Shown: positions 31,801 through 44,112 of the stretch, one piece after another | Layout of the letters: each line of letters starts with the position of its first letter | How positions within the stretch are numbered: the first letter of the stretch is position 1 | Assembly: GCA_048128005.1 (NCBI GenBank) | Contig: JBEUKZ010000067.1 | Coordinates: 1 to 64,000, forward strand | Reading direction: 5' to 3' | Source: Veleropilina oligotropha | Taxonomy: Eukaryota | Length of the DNA stretch: 64,000 bases | Made by a program: the position numbers and the translations under genes | Notes under the pieces: model-generated | The model's database searches: none | Told to the model about the DNA's origin: nothing | What the model saw: the letters and a program-made list of their open reading frames with translations, nothing else

Positions 31801-34800
31801 CTTCAAAAAAAAAATATTCAATTGACAAACACATTTCACATGTTATTACTTGTAATAGGAAATTGCAATCTGGCTTACATGTTTTTAAAGAAGCATCAAT
31901 TAGTGATATATTCAGATCCTTTCCACATTGAAAATCATTTGCAATTGGTTATTTACCAACAATAAATTCGCCAACAATAGATAAGGTCATGATTATATCA
32001 GAATAATTACCATTGGAATGATGAAAGTCGAAGTAGTTTTGGTTATCGTTCAGCAGCGATCCACCTGGTACTCCGGCTTTCTGCCAGAAGCCGATGTCTT
32101 CCCCCCCTCCACCAATGGTCATGTGGGTCGCATTGATCTTGTGGAGTAAATTCACGATGGTCTGCACAATGCCAGTAGCTTCCTTATTTCCTGAAGGTAT
32201 AAATTTTGCACATATTTAATCAAGTTTGATCAAAATTGCACCAAAACGTGAAATTTAGAAAATTCATATTCTTCGACGTGAAACTTGGTACTGTCTTAAA
32301 TTGTACCTGCAATCTTTTGTGAATGATTATCTATGCATGTATATATACTTTACTTACAATTAGAAGTAAGAATATCATACAAATTGAAGAATGACAATCC
32401 TTCAAACAATGTTAAAATAATATTTAGTCTAGTTATAAAACAAAATATTGCGTGAGATTGCATTTATAGCATGATTGTGAAACTTTAACCATATGGCAGC
32501 AAACTCAACATACCAGAAAACCTCAGTCCGTGCGGTAAGAAAGTTCCGCCGTCGGACTCCAGCACAAGGTCGTAGTTGTTGATGTTGCTCTGTAAATTGA
32601 GCAACAAATACAAATGGTATCGTAAATAAATAAATACTGTAAAAACTATTTTTAGTGTGCAAGATTCATGTGAACCCTTTATCATAAATATATGAAACGG
32701 CTTGCATGAAACAGCGCTATAATCACATATGTGAAGGCCTTAAGCAGTGCAATCCCTTAATCATGTGAACTCTAGACATTGAAATAGTGTTGTATAACAT
32801 GCAGTAATGTCAAAGATGGCATATGGTTGCATATATAGCATGATTAAGAAACTTTAACCAAAAACTTGAACAAAAATTACTAAGTTCAAATGTATCATTT
32901 TGTGGTAAAATTTTAAATAAAATATCTTCAATGTTACTACTATAGGGTTACATTATATTGATATAATGTTATAAAACATCTTATAAAACAAAATATTGCC
33001 TGAGATTGCATTTATAGCATGATTGTGAAACTTTAACCAAAAACTTGAACAAAAAGTTATCGCCCAATAACCACATTTTAAGGTCATATTTTAATTAATT
33101 ATCCTTCAATATCAATAAAATACAGTTGCAAGACATTGAAATAGTGTTGTATAACATGCAGTAATGCCAAAGATGGCATATGGTTGTATATATAGCATGA
33201 TTGAGAAACTTTAACCAAAAACTTGAACAAAAAGTTAACGCCGGTCGGATATGGACGGACGGACGGACGACATGCTCATTACATAGACTCGCATTTGCGT
33301 TGCATGCGAGCCAAAAAGCAACTAAATTTATTATTCAGTACAGATAAATAATGCAATCTTTCAAAATTGTGTACTATGAGTCTATCATACATACAAAAAC
33401 AGCCAAAGCTTAGGGCGCTAAACATATAGGGTGTTATGGCATATACACCGCTGTTAACTGGATATTTTTTGTACAAATATATCAGTACATGTACTAGACT
33501 TCTGTATGTTAGTAAGGATAGAGTATCAGATCTCATACCCACTACACCATGCTGAATAGCAATGAGAGACATATACATGAAGTGAGCTTAATAACCTCAT
33601 TTTCTCTGTGTCTTAATGATGACAAATGACGACAAATAACACACAAGGTCTTGCAAAGAGCATTGTTTACTACTTTAAAGACACAGTACTTATTAATAAT
33701 GCATTATTCTACAGATATTCATTAGTAATGTACCGTACAGTTTAATATATCAGTCATACATCATAAGTCTTGCATGAAGACACACTTGGCCATTACCTTG
33801 TGTCTTTCGTAATACTGCTGGGCACCCACTCCACCTTGCTCCTGAAGTGAAAAAATATTGAAAATTAAATGATAAATGATGCTTTTGTAAGTGTTTATTC
33901 TGTAAGCCATGATGTTGAGAAAAAGCTATTATGGAGGCTTGGTGAGGTACTGTATTGAATTCAGGCTCCTAATTAACACACCTGCTGTGATTCACAGGAG
34001 TAGGTTCATATTCTCGAATAGGCACTTTCTGCAGTTAATGGCCACAGTTGTTCAGTTGTTCTTTGCTTGTTAGTAAGATTGGGATTTTCTTGGTGACCTC
34101 ATTTTACTATCGCAATAATATGAACAAATGTCCTAGTATAAATCTGAAGGATATTAAATTGGACATTATGCACAGATCCAAAGCAAATATATGTTCATTG
34201 AATAGATTGATTATATTTATTACCTCTGATGTCCACATGACCATTCTCAGCGTTCTCTTCGCTCTCCACCCGAGCTGATGAATCAAGGACAGGGCCTAGT
34301 GGAAATTAATGACAAAAATAGATAACTGCTGATATAATATGTTCAGTTGCTTACAAAACTATTTTCACCATTAATATCTACAACGAAAATACAAAAGATT
34401 GACAAGAAGGACATACATCAAACTAAATATAAATCTTGGTTTGAGAGCATAATACTATTTGCATAAAAAACATTCCTGAATAGAAAAAATTATTCCTGGC
34501 ATTGGCCCATCACATGAATCAGCAGATATATTCAAAGGTGAAATATCAAAATACTGAAAATAATCTCCATCCATTATACCATACAGATATTACAGGGACA
34601 ATGAATGATTTGTATATGTGTGATCAGACAATTGAGTAGAATGATATGGAGCTTACAGTTAAGGTTATTCTCATATCCTTTAATGTACCTACGTTATTAA
34701 ATACTTTAGGTGTTCTTCTAGCAATGACGTATTTATTTGTTGCTCACCTGCCAGGAGATGAATGCCCCGCCCCCGTCGTCCATGGCTCCTTGACCAACGT

Positions 34801-37800
34801 CCCAGCTGTCCAGATGACCGCTAACCAGGACAACCTACATATAATGTATGCTATTATTATGCGCAAAGTGTAATCGATCTTACATTGTGTACTTCTTATC
34901 AGTGTCAGTACCTACTATCCTGTGCAGATTCGCTACTTTCACATACAAGTCTACAACCACTGGTGGCAATAATTTTGTTTTAAATTAAGGCACAATTGTC
35001 ACCAGAATACCCCAAGTGAATTACGCAACCTAAAGTAGACTGTGTTTATCTTATGGGCATACTAATTTCTCCGATTGATGGTCGAATGACTGCATGTCGC
35101 TATGCTGAATTACTTGTACGTGTACTTTTATTCATCATTTAATTTTCAGATTAAATGAATACTTGGTCGTAAGTATAAGTTTGCGGGTGAAATATCTTAA
35201 CCATTATATTTGCTAATCATGTGATATTTTTTTTCATGGTCGAACATCGGTCTGGCAGTGAAGAGTTTGTGGTACGGGACATATGACGCCATCTCCTTGG
35301 TTAGAGAGAGATGATTATCCTTAACACTGCTCATATTGAAATGTTGAAACTAATTAATCTTGTGTAATGAATGACATATATTCTGCAAATGAGAGACATT
35401 TTCTTTTCAAAAAGTGATCGATGCTCTTGCAAATATTTTTATATGTATATTTATCGAAATAATACTTATTATACCAACATTATTAGCATCAATGGTAATT
35501 AGTAACTAATTGACATTACTTTACCTGATCCGGATAAGTATGGCCGACAATTTCTGCAACGGTATTTCTTGACGTTACATTTGGCATTGTTTGAGCATTC
35601 ATTTTTAAAGTGACAACAATTATTTCACCTGCAACATAGTAAATCAATAATAATATAATATCATGAATAAATGCAGGATTGGATTAGATTGAATCGATGC
35701 TTAATGTCCTCAAAATTTACAATCTTCAGGTTAAAACCAGGACATATCCATACATGTATAATCACGAGGAAACCCGGGGAAACTCACCCTCTAAAGAAAG
35801 TTACGGATAACTCTGATTGGTAAGTCCATGAACAAAGAATTCCATTTCACCAACCGAGATTCGAATGCACTCCTGTTAATCCGAGTAGTCAAGTCAGTGA
35901 CATCAGAGTCGGCACTCGAGACCACACAGCTACCGGAGCGGCCTTCACAAATGCAGAAAATTGTTACCTATCAAACTTGAAACTTTTCTTGATCATAAGC
36001 TTAAGTTAATACAACCTTTATCAATTTTATCTGTAGGAAAATTTGAAATATTCAGCGAAAACCATTTGTCCCAGCCAGCTATTAACCACTATGGCTGATT
36101 CATCCAAATTGCTCTAAACTGGATGTTGAACACATCGTTTGACACCAGAAGTTACTGCAAGTGGGAAGAGGTAGACTCAGGTAGCATACCTTACCATGGC
36201 GCCATGGAGCTGGTTGTTTCCTTACAGTACAATGAGCAGCGAGTCACAGATATCCCAGATGCTATATTGTTCATTTTAAAATTACCTCTAGCCGCCATTC
36301 TGTCCATCATCTCTGCATCTTCCACTGTGATACAAGCAGTAGGTATTTTTGTGACATTCTGCTCGTAGTACTGTAAGAAATCAAATGGTTGATAATATGT
36401 GTATATGGATTGATATGTAGTTTTATATATCCATTATTCTGGTGTGGTTAGTAAACATCCATCTAAAGCAGGTTGTCATCAATACACATACTGGCCAAAA
36501 TGACTTCAATATTTTATAAATATTGATCATCTTCCAGGATCCAGTACCTTGATTTGTTAATAAAAAATTGATATGACATATATTTTGTAGTTTCAATACT
36601 CTAAGTGGTTACATATATTGCCTTCAATTTGAAATGACTATTTTATACATTATATGTAGAAGTCTGAGTAATAGAAACCTTCGATTCAGATGCTTGTGAG
36701 AATCCACCTGTTACGAGTGACATGATTTTATCATCCAAGTAATATACATTAATAAACTAATATGAATGAATTAAAGCATGGCTTATGGATGACATTTGAT
36801 AAATATCTTGATTAAAAACAATGAGACACAATAATTATAAAGAATTTCACCTGGATTCCAGTGTGAGGACTGTTAATGGAGAATGGAGTGACAGATCGAA
36901 TAAGGGATGCTACTCCGCCCACTTTAGCTGCCTCACTTGCACCTTTACTCCGATACGCCACCGAAACACCATAGCTCACCCACGGTTGGTTGTATACAAT
37001 GATTTTTCCTTTTGCCTGAAAACCACTTCAAATTGTATTGTATACATGTACATATACATGTACTAATATTTTACGTACCAAAAATTCTTGCCTTTTATAT
37101 TGCACATCAATTAATAAAATATGTACATAAACAAATTATAATTGACAAAATGAAGGATATAGGAAGAATCCATATGCCATGATACATTACTATGATGAAT
37201 GACATTAACATCTTGCATCCAAACAGAAATCATTTATGAAAAATTATATCAAATATTTAAGACCAAATAACAGTGGAATCATCGTAGTTGCTGCCAGTCG
37301 TTTTTCTGGTGACTAGATTTGATGTGAATTATGGTTTATTGTCTGTCATATTGTCTGTGCATGACCATATAATCGCAGGATGAATATCGGAATATCTGGT
37401 GAAACCCACCTGCTTAATGACTGTTTTCAATCTGTGAATAAAGTGAACTCAAAATTTAAGAACCAGTTTTGTCAATAAAGATAGGTGCAAGCCTATATTC
37501 CTGATCCGTGGGCTTAAAACAGGCTCTTACAGCTTCACAATTACAATAATACATATGGAATGACAACTTCACAATTACAATAATACATATGGAATGACAA
37601 CTTCACAATTACAATAATACATATGGAATGACAACTTCACAATTACAATAATACATATGGAATGACAACTTCACAATTACAATAATACATATGGAATGAC
37701 AACTTCACAACTGCAGCCTTGGTTATCTACCTGTGATGCATGAAATTCCAACCCAATTTCTTCTAAGAATATAACCAATTCAAGCGGGTAGCACTGTGAC

Positions 37801-40800
37801 TTAAAAACTGCCGATCAATTCCCCATTCAGATAGGCAGGATTAACTGTGGGTAATATTTGGTTATTTCCTTTCTCAATAAATTTACATTGCAGAGAGCTA
37901 TAATCCAGTGGCGGCAGAGCCATTTTCAAAGTGACTGGACTAAAATATTTCAAAATTTACTATCAATTTTGACAATTAGCGGTATGAAACCCCCCTGTCC
38001 TGCATTCTGACAGCGCAAATGCGATATTTCTTACCAATAATTCTGAATCATTTTCACCAATCTGCATGTATTGCGAGTTAAAGTGTGTGTGGGGGGGGGG
38101 GGGGGGGGTCCGCTGACCCCGTAGTCTACCACTGTGCCACTTTCTTCCTTCATGATTGAGTAAACTAGATTATGTCATTTTAAATTGTCATTATGATCTC
38201 TACCTGTTGAGCTTTAGAGTGGAGTTCGTCAAATGATCGGACAACAAGCACCTCGGCTGTAACGCCATTGCTGGGAGTCCCAACGCTGCTCCCGAGACCC
38301 AGGATGGACATCGGGTGATTCCGTGGCTGGAGCATAACGGCCGACTCGGCGCCTCGCACCCAGTGGGACACCTGAAACCGGCAGAAACTATACTCGTCAC
38401 CATAGTCATAGTACGTTAGTACAGCATACAGAAATTAGATGCACATGGAGAGAAATCAGAACATATATCCTCACGGCGTACCCACTGTAAGACCAGAAAT
38501 GAATGACAAAGAAAAATAGCGAGACTCAAGTAATACAATGCCGTACAAAGAGGGTTTCAATGATTGTATCTTTTTGACTTCTAATTACTGGGAATTCTCG
38601 GCATTGCATCTGTAATTTTGTGAAAGTTCCAAGCAAATTAAAAGTCACACGGACGTATTTGATGTGAGGCATTTACAAGAAAGACCTTGATATTTAAATA
38701 ACATTTACATGCACAATATAAATAGTATGAACATTTAAATGTATAATGGCAATTGATGAATTTATGTCGAGACACATGTTCTCACGTTTTCCATCTCATT
38801 TCTCTCTTACATTTTCGAGCACTCAGTCAATACATTGTACACAGAAAGCACAGTTTATGACTAATCACAGTGAGGACCGCATTCAGGTGTACATGTACTT
38901 TTAACATTTCGTTGCCAAGGGAAAATCACATGGATCGGGTAGAAACATGAACCTCTGCAAACAGGGCATATCCTGTACATGATATGACACAATATATATT
39001 AACTGCAAATACATTAGATTCTTTAGTACCCACTTGAACATTTTCCCCATGCACATTCTGTAAGCCATCTGCTTTGAGCTCAGTCAACATGTAATCTGAA
39101 AGAGATATGTTATCATACCTACACATAAGCATTAGTAAGCGAGTCAACTGTGAATACATACATAATAAGGTATACGATTGGTATTGCAGTGCATTTCCCA
39201 GCGAGGATCATATTGGGCCATGTTCCATGGGAGGCGCAGGGGCACTACATTTATTTCGTAATCGTGATGCAAGCAAGAGCACTTCTTTTCAAAATTTTAG
39301 GGGGGTATTCAAAACTTGTGCCGCTCTGTGTCCATAATAATGGGTGAAAATGAGACATTTATACATATATAACAAAGAAAATGTACATTAATTTACTACA
39401 TATAGTTGTTTGATTTAACTATAACTAATTTATGACAATGATGATAATATTTAATTTACATTGCAGTGGCGATCCATTGTTTGAGGTTTTGTCTGATCAG
39501 ATCGCCATATAATGCATACAAATCTTTTATTTTATGCGGTGAAATAATTATATTCAGATTTTAGAGAAAATTACGTACTTGTAATGTTCAGCACAAAATT
39601 GCTGTTTGTACTTATATATATACACATATAGGACACCAGAATATCGGTAAATAAATTATAATTATTATTATTGACTAATTTTAAATAAATTAAAATTTAA
39701 ACTTACCAATTGCATTTTCAAGATTCTGCGATCCAGCTATCCGGCCTCCAAACTTGTCTGTGAAAGCCGCCAGCCGGCTGTATGTTTGTCCTTTTGCCTT
39801 TCCATTGACCGACAACTCAATTATTTTGTCTGCATCATCTATATAAATGCATGAAATTGGAAAATATTGTTGCTATAAAGGGAAATCACTAACAAATATA
39901 TGATTGGTGCCCTCAAAACCATATTCTGGATGGTATATTTATATTAATTATCAGTACCTTTGAATCGTCACAACATGTGCCCAGCATATATAAGGACATT
40001 TTACCATCTTGTTTTTCTGTTAAATATTGTCTTAAAAGTATCTCTACATTCTACTCAGCAGTTTTGACAGTCGTGTGGTTTCAGTTTTGGATCGACTCCG
40101 AAAAATCACTGGCTTGATTCCGCTGACGCCAACAATAGTGGGTTCGAACCTCGTTTGGGACATGACATTATTTTTTCAAGTTATTAGTCACTGCACAGTT
40201 ATCCGTAACAGGTCGGATTCCCCGGGAAACCGGGCTTTCCTCCTGCGATAATATGGACATGTCCTTCTTTGAACCTGATGGTTGTAAATATACAGGATGT
40301 ACAATGGCATCAATCGATCATATATAAATAAAAACTTGCATTGCATCATGTCGAAAGGTTAACTTGATTAAGTTGAACATGTGTGATGGACAGGGGCGGA
40401 TCCAGGGGGGGTTCATGGGGGTCGGACCCCCCCTTGACGGACCAAGTGCCCCTTTGCCTTGGCCATTAAAAAACTCAATGTGTTAGATTGTGACAAAAAT
40501 TAAAATTACCCATACATTTTAGTGAAAATGGTTCATAAATGTTGGTAAGAAATCTCGCTTTTGCCCTGTCAGAGTGCAGGAGAGGTTTCAGGCTGTTGAT
40601 TGTCAAAATTTTCTTTCACGTGGGACCCCGCCCCCTGAGAACAGTTGATAGTATATTTTATGAAAGTTGGACCCCCTTATCAAAATCCTGCATCCACCCC
40701 TGATGGATCATGGTTGTAGTATCACACATCCATAATTTAATACAATCCCTTGAGAAGATGAGATATGACATAATTCTCACTTATTGAATAAGATTTTAAT

Positions 40801-43656
40801 TTGCATTTACAATAACTACATACCTTGGTGGTTTGCAACATCAACAGCCGGATCTAGCCGGACAACAGCTGAACTACATAGCAAGCCTGAAATGCAACAT
40901 CAACATATATATTTATACATCATTGTTCTAATTTGTTTTATCTCAAAAATACTTGTAGAAGCAAATTAAATAACTCTTGCTTGACGGTATAAATTTGTAA
41001 GATCATATACACTGCAGCTGTTATGAAATTCCAATATATGAGACCAACATTCCACATAATAAAGGCATCTAATTCACTTAAATTTAATTAGCACCTACAT
41101 GACTTTATATAATATGATCGTATTTGTGGATCATAATGCACATTCTGAAATATTCTCTTCTACACAAACATTATTAATGCATCAACATAATATTGCTTGT
41201 TTACTCTCCGTGTAATCAGTAATGTTATGTAATAAATAATACATTGTCAACCCGAGCGAAATATACACATAACAGGCCGAGCGAGAGCAAGGATATTATG
41301 TTTATATCGTTGACGGGTGGCTGCGGTATTATCTGTTAATACACACCATGGAAATCTATTGTAAATTGCAAGTTGTCACCCCTTAAAACATTCAATTCCC
41401 CAACATAACGCATTCGTGGGTACGCGATATGAAAAATTGACTCTTCCATTGGCAAGTTGTCAAATCCTTTTTCACTCAATTTCGTCTTTCCAGCGAGCTG
41501 AGTTAACCATTGTCTGGTTGTTAATTGGAACAATTGGAAAATTAATGTCAGGAGGCCTAGTGTTCCAATAACCAACCCCATGATGTGTATTAATTGTGTC
41601 TATTAATACCCAGTGTATTCATTGTCTTCTTTGGTCTTTGATGTCTTTATTTCATTGATCGGTTAATCATTAATCCATTTTGACCTACTTTTCCATTGTA
41701 TTAACTGTAGATTATTTTTCACGAATCCACTGCTACAAAATCATTGTGTCTGCTTGAAAGACCAATTAAACAAGCGTTATGTGCATTAATTCCATGCTAT
41801 GGACGATTCCATTCAAGAAAATGAGGAAAGCATGTTTAATGCAGTATATAATCCAAAGAGGTAGATTTATCTGCGGATGAGTCCATTCTAGTACACTTGG
41901 ACACTGAAAAGAAAATATTAATTATTTTAACGCGTAGACAACATTTTTGCAATGACAACAAACTTCAAGCACATTAAATTCGTTACCCAAATGAAGAAAA
42001 TGTAATACACGTTTAACGTTCAGAAGAATCTGGCAATACTCCATATAATGCTGTTGTTCATATGAACGATGTTCCATTGCTTTACTTTGAAACGAACACC
42101 GAGAGCTATTTAAATATTATATCACAGAAATGTCGTTAAAATACAACATATATTTGCAATATTATACTATACCTGATGCTCTCTGCAGAGGTAAATCCCA
42201 CGTGTGCTCTGGTCAAACATCTGAAGCCAAGTGAGCGTGCTTTGAAATGTACATCATCACGACGCAAAAATATTTCGCCTTGCATGCCGGTATAATTGCA
42301 CTTAACGAGCACATTAAACGTCTATTCATAACCATGATTAAGCGGCGCCTTCAACTAATTAGGAATGGGATCCGACAGGAGTTTTGGGAGAGTAAACCCC
42401 AATTCGTACAAAATTTCTATCGTATTGTTTTTAAATTGGCGATTTCATGTATATAATAATGTTAAAATATAACAAATAGCTAATATTGTCAAAATGGATT
42501 AAATAAGTTAACCAACTTGGGACTGTGGATTCTTGAAAATTAATGCACTCGGGCCTGTCGGCCCTCGTGCATTATTTTTCAAGAATCAACAGTCCCATGT
42601 TGGTTAACCTATACGTATTCCTTTGTCTCCTTTTGAACTGTTCTCAACTGGTAGAGCATCGAAAAAACGATAAGTGGGACATTATAGGATGTGGTTTCAA
42701 ACCTCTGTTCCGGCATGGCTATTCTAATGCTTAAAACTAATGGATGGCATATATCCCTAATGTATGTCGGTCAGATCGGAGCGAGACCTTAACCGGTCGA
42801 GTGTCCAGACTATGATACAGCTGAAAAACTTCTAAAAGTGATCGTAAAACAATGTTTCCAACCAACCAACATTTTGATCTCATATCTCATTGATTTGTTA
42901 TTCACTTTGTCTATTAGTACATATTTATATGGCACGGCTTTCGATTTACTTCCCTTATTTGCTTTCATGCCAGCGAACAACTGTGAAAGTTTTCATTTTT
43001 AATAAAATCGTCCGCCCGTCTGCATACACAGTGATAGTATTTATGCATGTTCGTTATTAACTGTATAATAATTATTAAATTATATTAGGTGCATTATTTT
43101 AATATAAGTAATTATCTTAAATTCAGTGCATAATCGACAACTTGTTTGCATTTTAAATAATTACTACTGTATATTGTGGAAGAATATTGTTGCGCTGCAC
43201 ATTAAATTTGCTGAAACTTCATAATATAATAAGTATTTTTCCATTCAACCATTGTGCATAATTTAATGAAATATTTTAATTTAAGGATACAACTATATCG
43301 ATCTAAATTAATAAATTTTTCATATATAAAATTCAAAATTTAAGCTCTTTAAGTTTGCTAATTGCCAAAATATCATTGGAAATGTTAATATTATCTACAC
43401 ATAATTTCAAATACCGGTACTGCGAAACTTTTTAATTTCGCTAACTGCCAAAATGTCACATGCAGTGAATTTGTGGGCGTAACTTGAAAGTGAAATATTG
43501 TCCGTTCTTGAACTTGCACAATTTAATGTCCATCTAAAAGTCGCTAAATATTTCGCATTTAGATGACTTTAAATAATTCTGTCATATTTTACCTGTCAAT
43601 GTAAACCAATAAATCGTAAAATAAAACATAGCAAACCCAGCAAAATCTAATGACAT
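25832..43656 (-). CDS. CPQ: Carboxypeptidase Q (M28 zinc peptidase), paralog A, complete, 14 coding exons, 477 aa
   Basis: Exons 43593-43656, 40824-40886, 39707-39838, 39034-39095, 38204-38371, 36851-37015, 36286-36370, 35525-35628, 34748-34834, 34224-34295, 33797-33841, 32514-32589, 32011-32190, 25832-25962. All are GT-AG and phase-compatible (1434 nt). Signal peptide present; metal/catalytic motifs GHLDSWD, AMDDGGG, TSEE, ESDGG, FHH. Confidence 0.93.
26856..27253. mobile_element. TTAA-target MITE (Kolobok-like), followed by an inverted partial copy to ~27575
   Basis: TTAA|AGCGGGTTCTACACGACCAAGTTT ... AAACTTGGTCGTGTAGAACCCGCT|TTAA. Confidence 0.75.
27757..30652 (-). mobile_element. Nested Helentron/HINE-like elements with ~125-bp satellite array (27980-29610)
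   Basis: Repeated GGCGGCCATCTTGGAGGTCGGACCACACCCAAA units. GGAC microsatellite plus terminal hairpins at ~30340-30370 and ~30615-30650. Confidence 0.6.
28302..28761. mobile_element. TTAA-target MITE (Kolobok-like) inserted in satellite unit
   Basis: TTAA TSD at 28298-28301 and 28762-28765. 20-bp perfect TIR AGAGACTATTGCCCGTAAAT with 5'-AG terminus. Confidence 0.85.
30690..33315 (-). repeat. HINE-like interspersed repeat copies interleaved with CPQ-A exons (also 26140-26720)
   Basis: Shared ATAGCATGATTGAGAAACTTTAACCAAAAAC units and the terminal CTCGCAT..ATGCGAG hairpin at ~31475-31498 and ~33288-33310. Confidence 0.6.
37533..37710. repeat. Intronic minisatellite, ~5.2 copies of 34 bp
   Basis: CTTCACAATTACAATAATACATATGGAATGACAA perfect repeats. 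Confidence 0.95.
40391..40702. mobile_element. MITE with CAGGGGCGGATCC-type TIRs
   Basis: CAGGGGCGGATCCAG ... CTGCATCCACCCCTG, flanked by an ATGGA direct repeat. Confidence 0.65.
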
Positions 43657-44112
43657 CAAAACAAAGCCACGTGCGCGTCTGCTCGATTGACCGATACTGC
43701 ATATTCACCTTTGTATAAATCAAAACTTTAATCAATAAACATTGCCATATATAAATAAAATATACAACACAATTTAAAACCTTTGTACGCGCCTTTCGAT
43801 TTCATTTATTTTCCAAAATAGTGCGTGCATAAAATAATTTGACTGCGTTACAGACGCACAAATCGAGCAGGCGAAAATTGCTCCACGCCGCCCTAATTCG
43901 CTTTTCAACCTGGCCACAGTCCATGTATTGTACGACATGTTAGTGTTGTTTACGTACGCTAATTTAGTCGGTTGCTATGCGGAAGAGCGTCTAGGGCGAC
44001 TAACACGCGAGCGCCATCTAGTGAGCGCTCGGCAGGCGAGCCTCATTACAGACGCACAAATCGAGCAGGCGAAACTATAATCTACAGCAGGTCGAAAACA
44101 CGTGGGGTAATA
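43657..44112. promoter_or_regulatory. Bidirectional promoter/5' UTR region between CPQ paralogs
   Basis: Divergent ATGs with 456 bp between them; CpG-rich relative to flanks; duplicated 29-mer; CTCF-like motif at 44011-44024. Confidence 0.7.

Noticed and set aside
37533..37710. CRISPR-sized 34-bp repeats
   Set aside because: No spacers, no cas genes, and it lies in a eukaryotic intron.
42173..42220. Candidate first coding exon of CPQ-A (AG-ATG...CAG-GT)
   Set aside because: Its phase is incompatible with exon 2. Exon 43593-43656 gives the correct phase and a signal peptide.
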